Of a DNA stretch of 64,000 bases, positions 37,777 to 47,669 are shown in pieces. The translations under genes and the position numbers were made by a program. Under the pieces are notes generated by a model. The model did not search any database. It was not told the origin of the DNA and was given only the letters and a program-made list of their open reading frames with translations. The stretch comes from Gemmatimonadales bacterium. Its GTDB lineage: Bacteria; Gemmatimonadota; Gemmatimonadetes; Gemmatimonadales; GWC2-71-9. Where the stretch lies: assembly GCA_041577295.1 (NCBI GenBank), contig JBFGJG010000017.1, positions 14,162 through 78,161 of the forward strand. The letters are read 5' to 3'. The first letter of the stretch is position 1; each line of letters opens with the position of its first letter.

Positions 37777-40166
37777 GGAATCTCCAACCTGTCGGCAGCA
37801 TCCCGCAGCTCGATGCGCGGCTGCGGAGTGTTACGGTCATCAGTACCGAGAACTCCCACCACGCGTACCGTCACGCCGGTGGTCCAGTCCGTTGACGCCA
37901 CCCCGTTGCGGCTATCCACGAAGACGGTGAAGGTCTCGGCGGCGTCATCGGTCATGAAGACCATGTGATTGTCGAAAGTGAAGACCTGCAGACTGTCGAC
38001 CGTCCCGGTGATCTTCACGAGTTGGCCCTGGAACTGGCTCCCGTTGATCTCCGCCGCCGTCACCGTACGCGGGTCGGGAACGGCTTCCTGACCGAGTATC
38101 GAGACAGTGATCACCGGTGATGCCTGTGTCTCGCCGCGGAAGACGCTCACCTCACCGCGCACGCGAATCCGGTCACCGCGTTGCAACGTGGGCTGGACGT
38201 CCGAATCGAAGGTGGAGATCCCGCCCGTCGCATCTTGGAAGAAATAGACCCTGCTGTCCCACTGTTGCTGCCAGGTGACCACGCCCTCGATGAAGACGGT
38301 GTCGCCCACCAGGCCTCGAGCCGTAGCAATGCTAATGGCCGCGTCACCGGTGAGGACCATGTCGGCGGCGTCCCGTATCTCGACACGGTACTGCAAAGTG
38401 TTTCGGTCGTCCGATCCGAGCACGCCGGTGACTTGGACCATCTGCCCAACGGTCCAGGCGGCGGAGCCCACGCCGTTTCGGCTGTCGCCGTAGACCGTGA
38501 AGGTCGTGGCCGCCCCGTCCGTGAGGAATACGGTCTGGTTATCGAAGCCATCGACCTGGAGGCTGTCCACGGTACCCGCTATCGCGACGAGCTCACCCTG
38601 GAACTGACCGGCGTTGATCTCGGCAGCGGTCACCGCGCGCGCCGTCGGCACGACATCTTGACCGATTCTTTGCGCATTCACAACGGGCGATAGCTGCGTC
38701 TCACCGCGGAACACGCTCACCTCGCCACGCATCCGCACCCGGTCACCACGCCTGAGCGTCGGCTGAATATCCGAATCGAAAACCGAGATGCCACCGGTCG
38801 CGTCTTGGAAGAAGTAGACACGGCTATCCCACTGCTGCTGCCAGGTCACGACCCCTTCCACGATTACGGTGTCACCCGTCATCCCACGGGCAGCACCGAT
38901 GGTTATGGGCATCGTCACGTCGTCGATACTGCGTGTCTCGAGCCGCGCTGCGGGAGTATTGCGATCGTCGGTGCCAAGGACGCCCACGATGTCCACCGTC
39001 TGGCTTACGGTCCAATCCGTCGACGCCATGCCGTTACGGGCGTCCCCGAACACGTTGAAGGTCACGCCCTCCTCATCGGTCAGGAACACCGTCTGGTTGT
39101 CGAAGCCATCGACGTTGAGACTATCCACCGTGCCCGTGATCGTGACCAATTCCCCTTGGAACAGGCCAGCATTGATGTAGGTCGCGTTGACGGGTCGAAT
39201 GGCGGGCTCGCCCACGTTGCCGAGCACTTGGGGCGCGGACGACGGTGAGATCTGCACCTCGCTACGGAAGGAGCCACGGGCTCCTACGACGCGAACGCTG
39301 TCGCCGATCTGCAAGGCCGGGTCCGAGCCATCGAACGCGGAGATACCGCCCGTCGCATCCTGCAGGAAGTAGATGCTCGCGTCCCATTGCGCCTGCCAAG
39401 TGATCACCCCCTCGATGGCGATGACGGTGCCTTCTGCGCTCGCACGCGCCTCGGCAATCGTGATGATCAGGTTGCCCGTGAACTCAACCGGCAGACTCGT
39501 TGGGACGTCTGCCTGCACGGTCACCGCGATCGTGGTCCCGCCCACGACCTGCATGGTTCCCAGCGGAGTGACCTCGAGTGTGTAGGAACCGGGGCGCAGC
39601 CCGGCAAATGAGAACGTGCCGTCAGCGGCGGTTATCGTTGTGGCGACCGTGTCACCGCCCGGAGGCGCTCCGGCGAGCAGGGTCAGCTCGACGCCCTCCG
39701 CGATACCGTCGTCACCGGGATCGTAGGAGCCGTTCGCGTTATCGTCGCGGAAGATGACACCCGAGAGCACACCGGGGAGGTTCGAGTAACGGAACTCCGC
39801 CGCGATTGTCCCGCCCTGGAACGACGCCACCACGGTCGGGTTGGTTGCCGTCGCCAGCACCGCACCACCGGGGACGGTCGCCGTCAGGGACAGCGTGTAG
39901 CTCCCTGGAGACAGTTGTAAAGTTGCCAGACCGTCGGCGTCGGTCATTGCCGTCACGTCACCATCGTCACCCGATGCCGTGACGGTAGCTCCCTGGATCG
40001 CCACGTCCTCCCCGGATTCGTACTTGCCGCTGCCGTCGGCGTCGACGTAGACGCGGACATTCAACGATGAGCTTTGCCCTTCACCGAGGGTGATCTGATC
40101 CGTGCTGCACGCAGCGGCGGCGCCGAGCATGGCCGTCGTGATCAGCAGTCGCGGAACTCGAGTCAT
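37773..40166 (-). CDS. Lipoprotein with two SdrD-B-like domains and three tandem OB-fold-pair repeats
   Basis: Lipobox AAAC; GGAG RBS before ATG 40166; three ~187-aa repeats I..AR...EGV.TWQ.QWD...Y..QDATGGIS.FD...GVLG.DDRNT. Confidence 0.8.
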   Translation of the reverse strand: MTRVPRLLITTAMLGAAAACSTDQITLGEGQSSSLNVRVYVDADGSGKYESGEDVAIQGATVTASGDDGDVTAMTDADGLATLQLSPGSYTLSLTATVPGGAVLATATNPTVVASFQGGTIAAEFRYSNLPGVLSGVIFRDDNANGSYDPGDDGIAEGVELTLLAGAPPGGDTVATTITAADGTFSFAGLRPGSYTLEVTPLGTMQVVGGTTIAVTVQADVPTSLPVEFTGNLIITIAEARASAEGTVIAIEGVITWQAQWDASIYFLQDATGGISAFDGSDPALQIGDSVRVVGARGSFRSEVQISPSSAPQVLGNVGEPAIRPVNATYINAGLFQGELVTITGTVDSLNVDGFDNQTVFLTDEEGVTFNVFGDARNGMASTDWTVSQTVDIVGVLGTDDRNTPAARLETRSIDDVTMPITIGAARGMTGDTVIVEGVVTWQQQWDSRVYFFQDATGGISVFDSDIQPTLRRGDRVRMRGEVSVFRGETQLSPVVNAQRIGQDVVPTARAVTAAEINAGQFQGELVAIAGTVDSLQVDGFDNQTVFLTDGAATTFTVYGDSRNGVGSAAWTVGQMVQVTGVLGSDDRNTLQYRVEIRDAADMVLTGDAAISIATARGLVGDTVFIEGVVTWQQQWDSRVYFFQDATGGISTFDSDVQPTLQRGDRIRVRGEVSVFRGETQASPVITVSILGQEAVPDPRTVTAAEINGSQFQGQLVKITGTVDSLQVFTFDNHMVFMTDDAAETFTVFVDSRNGVASTDWTTGVTVRVVGVLGTDDRNTPQPRIELRDAADRLEIP
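37790..39465 (-). repeat. Three intragenic ~560-bp tandem repeat units (boundaries approximate)
   Basis: Units start near 39465, 38903 and 38333; units 2 and 3 share long DNA matches such as TCTTGGAAGAA.TAGAC and TGCTGCCAGGT. Confidence 0.8.
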
Positions 40167-40261
40167 GCAGCACTCCTGGCATGCAGTTTCGTGAATGAGA
40201 ACGGGCAGGAGGGTCACAACCCATCTCTACTGCCCGGGATCTTCGCATACATTGCATAGAG

Positions 40262-41527
40262 ATGTCAACAACTCACCGAAGACTCACTGCGATCCCCTCG
40301 CGCCAACGCTCTCTTGCTCACCGAGTGCGGCGTTGGGTCCGATATGTCCTGCCCCTCACGTTGGCGTGTTCGGGCGGTGGGTCGGTAGAGCCGCCCGAAC
40401 GCACACCGGTCATATCCGTGCTCGGTGTGCAAGACGGTGAGAGCCGCGCTGGTGCCGTGACACTGACAATTCAGGTCGATGTTGGCACCTACGAGGCGCT
40501 CCTTAACGGCGTGACGTTCTTCTCGGGCCGCACGGTCCGGGAGGCCGGGGATTACGTTCTCGACGTCACAGCCCGAAACGGGACTGCCGTTGCAACGAGG
40601 CGTGTGGAGTTCGCGATCGTACTCGGGGGAGAGAGTCAGCTGGTGATCCGCTTGATCAATCTCGGCGACAACGAAGCGGGCGGTGGGGGCGATGCCGTCT
40701 TGCTCTCGGATTCGACGGACGCCGGGCAACGTCACGCACTGATCGACGCGGGTCCAGCTGGGATGGGTGGTACCGATACCGGCTTCGTTGCGCGGCGCCT
40801 CGCCACGTTGGGAGTCGATACGCTGCAAGCGCTGATCCTGAGTCACGCGCACAGCGATCACTTCGATGGCATTCCGGCAATTCTGGAGAACACCACCGTC
40901 CTTCGCTTCATTTACAACGGTCAGATGCGAACCTTTTCGCGCTACAACGATGTCATTGCGGATGCGCAGCAGCGGGCCAACGAGTTCATCATCCCCTCCG
41001 CGATAACGGAGCTCGCTTTCGGTCTCGGCGGGTCCCGAACGCATCTCGCCATCTTGCCACCACTCAGCACCTACCTCGGCAACTCAAACGCCGAGTCCAG
41101 CGAGCTCAACGACGGTTCGATAGGTGTGGAAGTGGAGAAGGAGGGCTTCCGGATATTCTTCGCGGGTGACGGGGAGGTCTTGGCCAACGAGCGCTGGCGA
41201 GGACAGTTCGCGACAGAAACCGGTGGCGTGGACGTCCTCAAGGCGGGCCATCACGGCGCGAACGATGCCACGTTCGACAATGGCTTCAATGGCAGCTCCA
41301 GTTGGCTCGCGCATACGACCCCGGACGTCGTGGTGATCAGTGCCAACGGAACCACCCACCCCCGCCGGAACGCCTTATCACAGTTACAGTCCGCTGCGGA
41401 GCGCACCTACTGCACGAATGTCCACGGTGACATCGAGATTCGTATTGGGGAAGGCGGGGTACTCCTCATCACGGTCGAGCGAAACGCGTCAGCAGATTGC
41501 ACACCTGGGAGCGACGCCACGACCTAG
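40262..41527 (+). CDS. Stand-alone ComEC/Rec2-type metallo-beta-lactamase-fold lipoprotein, putative nuclease (start uncertain)
   Basis: Lipobox-like LTLAC, Ig-like N-domain, GDA, LIDAG, SHAHSDH, ND.S, AGD, KAGHHG, VIS...HP; no membrane competence domain. Confidence 0.8.
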   Translation: MSTTHRRLTAIPSRQRSLAHRVRRWVRYVLPLTLACSGGGSVEPPERTPVISVLGVQDGESRAGAVTLTIQVDVGTYEALLNGVTFFSGRTVREAGDYVLDVTARNGTAVATRRVEFAIVLGGESQLVIRLINLGDNEAGGGGDAVLLSDSTDAGQRHALIDAGPAGMGGTDTGFVARRLATLGVDTLQALILSHAHSDHFDGIPAILENTTVLRFIYNGQMRTFSRYNDVIADAQQRANEFIIPSAITELAFGLGGSRTHLAILPPLSTYLGNSNAESSELNDGSIGVEVEKEGFRIFFAGDGEVLANERWRGQFATETGGVDVLKAGHHGANDATFDNGFNGSSSWLAHTTPDVVVISANGTTHPRRNALSQLQSAAERTYCTNVHGDIEIRIGEGGVLLITVERNASADCTPGSDATT

Positions 41528-41536
41528 GGTGTGGGT

Positions 41537-42406
41537 CTAGCGATCGACGCGAACTTCGAAAGTGATGGACGCTGCGCGAACTGAATGGGTGAGACTCCCC
41601 ATCGAGATGAAACGCGCGCCGGCCTCCGCATAGTCCCGGGCGCGCGCTGGTGTAATCCCTCCTGAGGCCTCGATTGCGACGTCCGGACCCGCCTTCTGGG
41701 CCCACGCCGCCACCTGCGCCGGTGGCTGGTTGTCTACGAGAATACGCCGAACGCCAGCTGAGAGTGCCGCATCGAGCTGTGTCTCGTTCTCGACTTCGAC
41801 GATCACCGGGACCTGGGCGGGTACCATGGCGAGCACATCCGCCAACGACCGGCCCGTTGCGTGCAACATCGCCCAATGATTGTCCTTCCAGAGCACGGCA
41901 TCCGCCAGCGAAAAGCGATGATTCACGCCGCCGCCGGCCCGCACCGCGTACTTCTCGAGGACTCGGAGCCCCGGCGTCGTTTTCCTCGTGTCCGTGATCA
42001 GCGCACTGGTCCCGCGCACCGCATCTACGGCCGTGCGAGTTTGCGTGGCGATTGCACACAGCCGCTGCATGAAGTTGAGGGCCACGCGCTCGGCACCGAG
42101 CAGCGCGCGCGCCGGACCGCGCACGACGGCGATTACGCACCCGGCGGGGACCTGATCGCCCTCGGCAAAATCGGTTGACAGCTGGCACGTCGGATCGACC
42201 TGGGTGAACGCGCTGGCCGCTACCGCCAGCCCGGCCACCACGATACTCTCCTCGGCTCGGAACCGGCCGGTTCCCGGCACCGTCGCGACCTCACCCAGCA
42301 ACGACGTCGTGGCGTCCCGCCAGGCACCGTCTTCCTCGAGCGCCCGCTGGACAACCGCACGTACGGACGACTCGTCGATTCGCTCCACCGAGGGCTGCGT
42401 TCCCAT
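41537..42406 (-). CDS. nadC: Quinolinate phosphoribosyltransferase
   Basis: ERVALN, DTRKTTPGLR, NHR..L.D, KDNH, EASGG. Confidence 0.95.
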   Translation of the reverse strand: MGTQPSVERIDESSVRAVVQRALEEDGAWRDATTSLLGEVATVPGTGRFRAEESIVVAGLAVAASAFTQVDPTCQLSTDFAEGDQVPAGCVIAVVRGPARALLGAERVALNFMQRLCAIATQTRTAVDAVRGTSALITDTRKTTPGLRVLEKYAVRAGGGVNHRFSLADAVLWKDNHWAMLHATGRSLADVLAMVPAQVPVIVEVENETQLDAALSAGVRRILVDNQPPAQVAAWAQKAGPDVAIEASGGITPARARDYAEAGARFISMGSLTHSVRAASITFEVRVDR

Positions 42407-42421
42407 GAGCACCAATCATAA

Positions 42422-42450
42422 TCGACGTGCTGACGCGTCGCCTATATAAT
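42422..42450 (+). promoter_or_regulatory. Candidate sigma70 promoter for nhaC-family gene
   Basis: TCGACG-N17-TATAAT, 50 nt upstream of ATG. Confidence 0.5.
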
Positions 42451-42500
42451 TCGGGCCCAACGTGGCATGAGCCGGCGTTGATCCCCAACCCCCGGGTCAA

Positions 42501-43919
42501 ATGGAAAGCTACGGCTGGTTGTCCATCGCTCCCCCTATCGTCGCTATCGCGCTCGCGATCGCGACGAAACAGGTCTACGTCTCGCTCGCTTTGTTTGTGT
42601 GGCTTGGCTGGACGATCATGAGCGGGTGGAACCCCATGACCGGTCTCATCCAGTCAGTGGAAGTGTTCCTCCAGTCGGTCACCACGCCGGACAATGCCCG
42701 TGTGCTCATGTTCAGTGTGCTCATTGGAGCAATGATCACGTTCACGCAGGCGTCTGGTGGCATGGAGGGGTTCGTGAAATGGGTGGAACAGCGGGGCCTC
42801 TCCAAGTCACGCCGGTCCGTTGGCTTCGTGACGATACTCGTGAGCATGGCCGTGTTCTTGGAGTCAAATTTTGGTTTGCTCGTCTCCGGTTCCGTCGCGC
42901 GGCCGCTGTTCGACAAGGAGAAGATCTCGCGTGAGAAGCTCAGCTACATCATTGATGCAACGTGCTCTCCCAAGTGCATCCTGATACCCCTCAACGCCTG
43001 GTTCGCGTACGTAATCGGACTGTTGGCGGCCCAGGGCGCCAACAGCCCCGAGCTCCTCTTCTACGCCACCATCCCGTTGAACTTCTACGCCATTCTGGCG
43101 CTAGTGCTCGCGCTCATCGTCGTCGCCACTGGATGGGATATCGGCCCGATGCGAGAGGCCGAGCGCCGAGTGAAGATCGAAGGGAAACTGCTGCGGGACG
43201 GTGCAAAGCCGATGATCGCCGAAGACGTCGCTGCTGTTGGCGCGAAGCCGGGCATCCCGCATCGAGCCATCAACATGGTGCTGCCTATCGGTGCGATGGT
43301 GCTTGCAGTACCCGTGGTCTTGTGGCTCACGGGTGACGGAAATATCAAGGCGGGCAGCGGCTCGCAAGCCGTTTTGTGGGGGGTCATCGTGGGCCTCGGG
43401 GTCGGTGCCGTCGCCTATGCGATCCAGGGCATCATGCGATTGGACGAAATGAGCGAAAACGTGATCAAAGGCATCCAAGGCCTCGTGCCACTCGTGATCG
43501 TGCTGTCGCTCGCGTTCACGATCGGCACCACGACCCGGGAGCTCGGCACGGGAATCTTCGTGGCACAGGCGGCACAAGCGACGTTGCCGGCAGGCGTGAT
43601 ACCGGCGATCGTCTTTCTCTTGGCGTGTTTCATCGCATTCGCCACCGGTACGTCTTGGGGAACGTTTGCTATCATGATCCCAATTGTGATACCGATGATT
43701 GCGCTCCTCGACCTCCACCCTGCCCTGACCGTTGCCGCTGCGCTTGGTGGTGGCATCTTCGGCGACCATTGCTCACCGATATCCGATAGCACCATCGTTG
43801 CGTCGATGGCCTCCGCGACCGATCACATCGATCATGTCCGAACGCAGTTGCCATACGCACTGATTGCCGCCACGGGGGCAACCATACTTTTCGTCATATT
43901 CGGATTCGTACTTCAATGA
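42501..43919 (+). CDS. NhaC-family Na+/H+ antiporter-like transporter
   Basis: SREKLSYIID, FATGTSWGTF, GDHCSPISD, HVRTQLPYA. Confidence 0.9.
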   Translation: MESYGWLSIAPPIVAIALAIATKQVYVSLALFVWLGWTIMSGWNPMTGLIQSVEVFLQSVTTPDNARVLMFSVLIGAMITFTQASGGMEGFVKWVEQRGLSKSRRSVGFVTILVSMAVFLESNFGLLVSGSVARPLFDKEKISREKLSYIIDATCSPKCILIPLNAWFAYVIGLLAAQGANSPELLFYATIPLNFYAILALVLALIVVATGWDIGPMREAERRVKIEGKLLRDGAKPMIAEDVAAVGAKPGIPHRAINMVLPIGAMVLAVPVVLWLTGDGNIKAGSGSQAVLWGVIVGLGVGAVAYAIQGIMRLDEMSENVIKGIQGLVPLVIVLSLAFTIGTTTRELGTGIFVAQAAQATLPAGVIPAIVFLLACFIAFATGTSWGTFAIMIPIVIPMIALLDLHPALTVAAALGGGIFGDHCSPISDSTIVASMASATDHIDHVRTQLPYALIAATGATILFVIFGFVLQ

Positions 43920-44884
43920 AAACGGTTCGCTATCTCGCCTTCGCGACTGCTGGCGTCATCTACGCACTGATCGTCCTCGGTGCCTTCGTCCGCATCACGG
44001 GGTCCGGCATGGGTTGTGGTGACGACTGGCCGCTCTGTAACGGCCGTCTCATTCCAAGCCTCGCTGATCCCGCGACGGTCATCGAATGGGGGCATCGCCT
44101 CATGGCAGCAGCGGTGAGCGTCTTCGTCTTCGCACTCGCTGCCGTAGCACTCATACGCGCCAGATCGGACGGCGGCCCTCGGTTGCGGGCCACTGGACGG
44201 CTTGCGCTGCTTGGCGTGGCGCTGCTGCTCACACAGGTCTTTCTCGGCGCCGTCACGGTGTGGCTCGAGCTGCCGCCAACGGCCGTCGTCCTGCACTTGA
44301 GCACGGCCCTCGCGCTGCTCGCGGTCGTGATGATCGTGGGGTTGCGGGCGGACGAGCCGTCCGACGAGACCCCAGCGTGGCGTTTCAACCCTCGATGGCC
44401 AATCGTCGGAGCGTTGGGCCTCACCGCGCTGGTGCTGCTCTTGGGGGGGGTAACAGCCAACGTGGGCGCTGGTCCGGCATGTTTGGGGTTCCCCCTCTGT
44501 AGTGGAGCGGTGTGGCCGCCGGCCACGGAAAGCGGACTCACACACATTCATTGGACGCATCGACTGCTCGCGTACGCGCTAACGCTGTACATCGGTGGCT
44601 TAGCACTCCAGTTGAGCTTCAAGCGGGCTCCGGCGAGAATCAAGACGGCAGCGTGGGTGTGTTTCGGGTTGGTCGGTGTTCAGGTTGGGGTGGCGGCCGT
44701 CATGGTGCTCGAAATGCTGCCGGCCATTTGGCGTGGCCTCCACGCGGCCGTCGGCACCGTGCTGTGGGTAGCCGTGGTGTACCTGACGTGGTTGGGTTTC
44801 GAGAAGTGGGAGGAGCAGGCGGTCATCACACGGTCACCGCTCACGTCGGGACGATCAGCTCCCGCTGCGGCTCGAGTGGAGTAA
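43916..44884 (+). CDS. ctaA: Heme A synthase
   Basis: GSGMGC..WPLC.G, EWGHR, conserved His residues, second C..FPLC repeat. Confidence 0.88.
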   Translation: MKTVRYLAFATAGVIYALIVLGAFVRITGSGMGCGDDWPLCNGRLIPSLADPATVIEWGHRLMAAAVSVFVFALAAVALIRARSDGGPRLRATGRLALLGVALLLTQVFLGAVTVWLELPPTAVVLHLSTALALLAVVMIVGLRADEPSDETPAWRFNPRWPIVGALGLTALVLLLGGVTANVGAGPACLGFPLCSGAVWPPATESGLTHIHWTHRLLAYALTLYIGGLALQLSFKRAPARIKTAAWVCFGLVGVQVGVAAVMVLEMLPAIWRGLHAAVGTVLWVAVVYLTWLGFEKWEEQAVITRSPLTSGRSAPAAARVE

Positions 44885-46013
44885 CCTCGGGTCCCTTGTC
44901 GGTGAGCACCACATTGATCTCGCTGCGAACACCAAACTGCCCGGGAAGGTAAACGCCCGGTTCAACGGAGAATCCCACCCCCGGCACGATCTCGCGAACA
45001 TCACGCGTCTCGAAGTTGTCGAGGTGTGGTCCCGAACCGTGCAGCTCCGCATCGATCGAGTGGCCGGTGCGGTGCACGAAAGCCTCTCCGTACCCACGCT
45101 CTGTGAGCACTTGTCGTGCGGAATCGTCGAGCGTGGCACCGCTCACCACCTCTCCCTGCTCATGGGCCACGCGCAACCGCTCGACCACAGCATCCCGTGC
45201 GTCTCGCGTGGCCTGCCACACCTGCTCCACTTCATCGGGTGGCTGGGCCCCCGCGAAGGCCATCCACGTCTGATCCGCCCAGACCGCGCCGGGACCCGGG
45301 CGAGCCCATAGGTCCAGCAGCACTACCTGATCGCGTTCCAGCGTTGCACTCGACTCGGGGCGGGGGGCGTAGTGTGGGTTCGCCGCATTCTCGCCAAACG
45401 CCACGATCGGCGGATCCTCCGTTTTCAACCCGGCCGCCGACAACGCGCCGAGGACCTCCTGCTGGACGTCGTACTCGCGCGCCTTGCCTACGAGATGGAC
45501 GACGCGCGCCAGGGTGCGGCGGGCGATCTCGGCGATCTGCTCGGCTGTTTTGCGATGATCCCGGAGGTCCGTGGCGGACCACTGCGACGCAAACTTGGTG
45601 ACCAACGCGGCAGAAGACTCGATGGTCGCGCCAAAGCCCTCGAGGAGTTGTACCACACCGTGAGGCACCCGGTCGAGATACGGCACCGCATCATCTGGAG
45701 AGACTTCCATGGCCACCTGACGGCCTTTCACCAGCGGCTCGAGAACGCGATGGAGATCTTCCCACGTCGTGTACTCGATGACCTCACCGTCAAATCCGGT
45801 AATGGCATCACGGTCGATTCGGTGAACGATCAGCTGCGGACTACCCGTAGCTGGCAGCCAAACGAACACCCTTCTCGTCACCATCCCCTGATAGGTAACG
45901 ATCCGGTTGACCACGGGATTGATGCCGTGAAAGTCGAAGCACAGCCAACCATCGAGATGGAGGGCATCGAGGCTTGCTCGGAGTTGCTTTTGATCCAGCG
46001 GTAATCTGGTCAT
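44841..46013 (-). CDS. M24 Xaa-Pro peptidase family
   Basis: PHY, DLW, ADQT, HRTGH, EPGVY, RSE; ATG 46013. Confidence 0.88.
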   Translation of the reverse strand: MTRLPLDQKQLRASLDALHLDGWLCFDFHGINPVVNRIVTYQGMVTRRVFVWLPATGSPQLIVHRIDRDAITGFDGEVIEYTTWEDLHRVLEPLVKGRQVAMEVSPDDAVPYLDRVPHGVVQLLEGFGATIESSAALVTKFASQWSATDLRDHRKTAEQIAEIARRTLARVVHLVGKAREYDVQQEVLGALSAAGLKTEDPPIVAFGENAANPHYAPRPESSATLERDQVVLLDLWARPGPGAVWADQTWMAFAGAQPPDEVEQVWQATRDARDAVVERLRVAHEQGEVVSGATLDDSARQVLTERGYGEAFVHRTGHSIDAELHGSGPHLDNFETRDVREIVPGVGFSVEPGVYLPGQFGVRSEINVVLTDKGPEVTPLEPQRELIVPT

Positions 46014-46018
46014 GTCAG

Positions 46019-46648
46019 CTACGCTGCGCGCTCCGGCGCGGTATGCCAACGGCACAGCTCATCACCGCGAGCGCGACAGTCAGGATGGGAAACCTGCCAA
46101 TCGATGGCGGTCATCGATTCAAGAATGGCTTCGACCGCTGCGGCGTACATGCCACACGCGGTCCCCTCCGGCGTGGCGCGTGCCGACGGCGAGTCGGCCA
46201 CCATCACGATGACGCTGTCACCGTCCCGGCTCAGTGCGGCACCCAGGGATCGAGTGAGGGCCCGGCGGGCGAGGACCAACCCCAGGCGACGGCTCACTAC
46301 CTGTGGCAGCGCGCGATTCACCACACGCGCGGGAATCCGCAGCCGTGTCGTGGCGTACAGCGCCGCGCGCTGTCCCGCGTCGGCAAACACCCGGACGGCG
46401 TCTGCCCGCCGACCGACCAGCCGTAGCAACCCCACCACCTCTTCCATCTCGACACGGGATCGGCGCCGCACGAGGTTCGAATACCGCGCAATCTCCCGCG
46501 CCACGGTGCGGCTCATTCCAAGGCGCTTGGCAACCAGCTCGTCATCCAGCTCACCCAATTCGTCCGATAGCGGTATGTCGACCGAACGAACGGCTTCGAG
46601 CACTGAGAGGGGGATGATGGGGTCGACGTGAGCGGCTACCGATGTCAT
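46019..46648 (-). CDS. Hypothetical protein with C-terminal V4R-like Cys/His motif
   Basis: ACGMY...HPDCRARGDELCRW; ATG 46648. Confidence 0.6.
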   Translation of the reverse strand: MTSVAAHVDPIIPLSVLEAVRSVDIPLSDELGELDDELVAKRLGMSRTVAREIARYSNLVRRRSRVEMEEVVGLLRLVGRRADAVRVFADAGQRAALYATTRLRIPARVVNRALPQVVSRRLGLVLARRALTRSLGAALSRDGDSVIVMVADSPSARATPEGTACGMYAAAVEAILESMTAIDWQVSHPDCRARGDELCRWHTAPERAA

Positions 46649-46836
46649 GGGAAGACGTACGTTCCTCCGTGGCTCGCCTGTCGAGGACTCGGGAACCCTA
46701 CACTGGTAACACGTCGTAGGGAAGGGAGCACCCGGTTGCTCGCGAGGCGTTCGTGGAGCAGCATTGCGCGTCGAAGATTCGCGAGCGATTGTACGCCTGA
46801 ACCCGCATACAAGCCAGAGGAAAGGTTTTTGGGATC

Positions 46837-47403
46837 GTGCCCGGTAGCTCGGAGGCAAAACGCGACGCTTTTGAGAAAGAGGCGCTTCCGCATCTCGATG
46901 CGGTCTATCGTGTGGCGCTCAGACTCTCAGCCAACGAGGACCAGGCTCAGGATCTCGTACAGGAGACGATGCTCAAGGCGTTTCGCGCCTGGCACCAGTA
47001 TCGGCCGGGTACGAACGTTCGCGCCTGGCTCCTCACGATTCTTCGGAACACGTTCATTAACGAGTATCGCAAGAGTCGCCGAACGGGGCCCGAGGTCGAC
47101 GTCGGGGATGTCGAAGCGTTCACGGTGTTCGATGAGGTCCAGGACAAGGATCCCGAAGGTCAGTTCTTCAATCAGATCGTCGATGACGAGGTCATTCGAG
47201 CGATCGACGATCTTCAGGATGAGTTTCGCGAAACCATCGTTCTGAGCGACATCGAGGGGTTGTCGTACCAAGAGATCGCTGAGATTACCCAAGTACCAGT
47301 GGGAACTGTCAAGTCCCGCATCTTCCGCGCCCGACAACAGCTACAGCGCCGCCTCTACGAATATGCGGTCGAGATGGGGTACATCAAACCCAAAGCACCG
47401 TGA
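46837..47403 (+). CDS. ECF sigma factor (SigH/SigR-like)
   Basis: AQDLVQET.LKA, GTN.RAWL.TILRN.FIN.YR, SYQEIA...PVGTVKSR. Confidence 0.93.
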   Translation: MPGSSEAKRDAFEKEALPHLDAVYRVALRLSANEDQAQDLVQETMLKAFRAWHQYRPGTNVRAWLLTILRNTFINEYRKSRRTGPEVDVGDVEAFTVFDEVQDKDPEGQFFNQIVDDEVIRAIDDLQDEFRETIVLSDIEGLSYQEIAEITQVPVGTVKSRIFRARQQLQRRLYEYAVEMGYIKPKAP

Positions 47404-47669
47404 AAGAGCGCCGAATACGAATGGACTGTCGTGAGGCGTTCGAGCATCTCTACGCATACCTGGATCGAGAACTGACTCGGGAGCACGTTGCCAGAGTTCG
47501 CGCGCACCTCGAAGATTGCAAAAGCTGTTTGGCCCTGGCCCGCTTCGAGACAGCCTACCTCCGTTTCCTCGAAGCCCGTACCGTGTCCCGCCGGGCACCA
47601 GAGCAATTGAAGAAACGCATTCTGCGAGAACTGCTATTCGACCGCACAAGCGCGTCGGGGCCAGAGTGA
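47400..47669 (+). CDS. Zinc-binding anti-sigma factor (ZAS, RshA/RsrA-like)
   Basis: C...YLD.EL...HLEDCKSC (HxxxCxxC); soluble; alternative ATG at 47421. Confidence 0.9.
   Translation: MKERRIRMDCREAFEHLYAYLDRELTREHVARVRAHLEDCKSCLALARFETAYLRFLEARTVSRRAPEQLKKRILRELLFDRTSASGPE

Noticed and set aside
37790..39465. Repeats as CRISPR or mobile-element signature
   Set aside because: They are in-frame protein domain duplications
41537..43919. nadC and nhaC-family gene as part of the nucleic-acid utilisation locus
   Set aside because: nadC is convergent housekeeping NAD synthesis; nothing in the sequence shows a nucleoside substrate for the transporter
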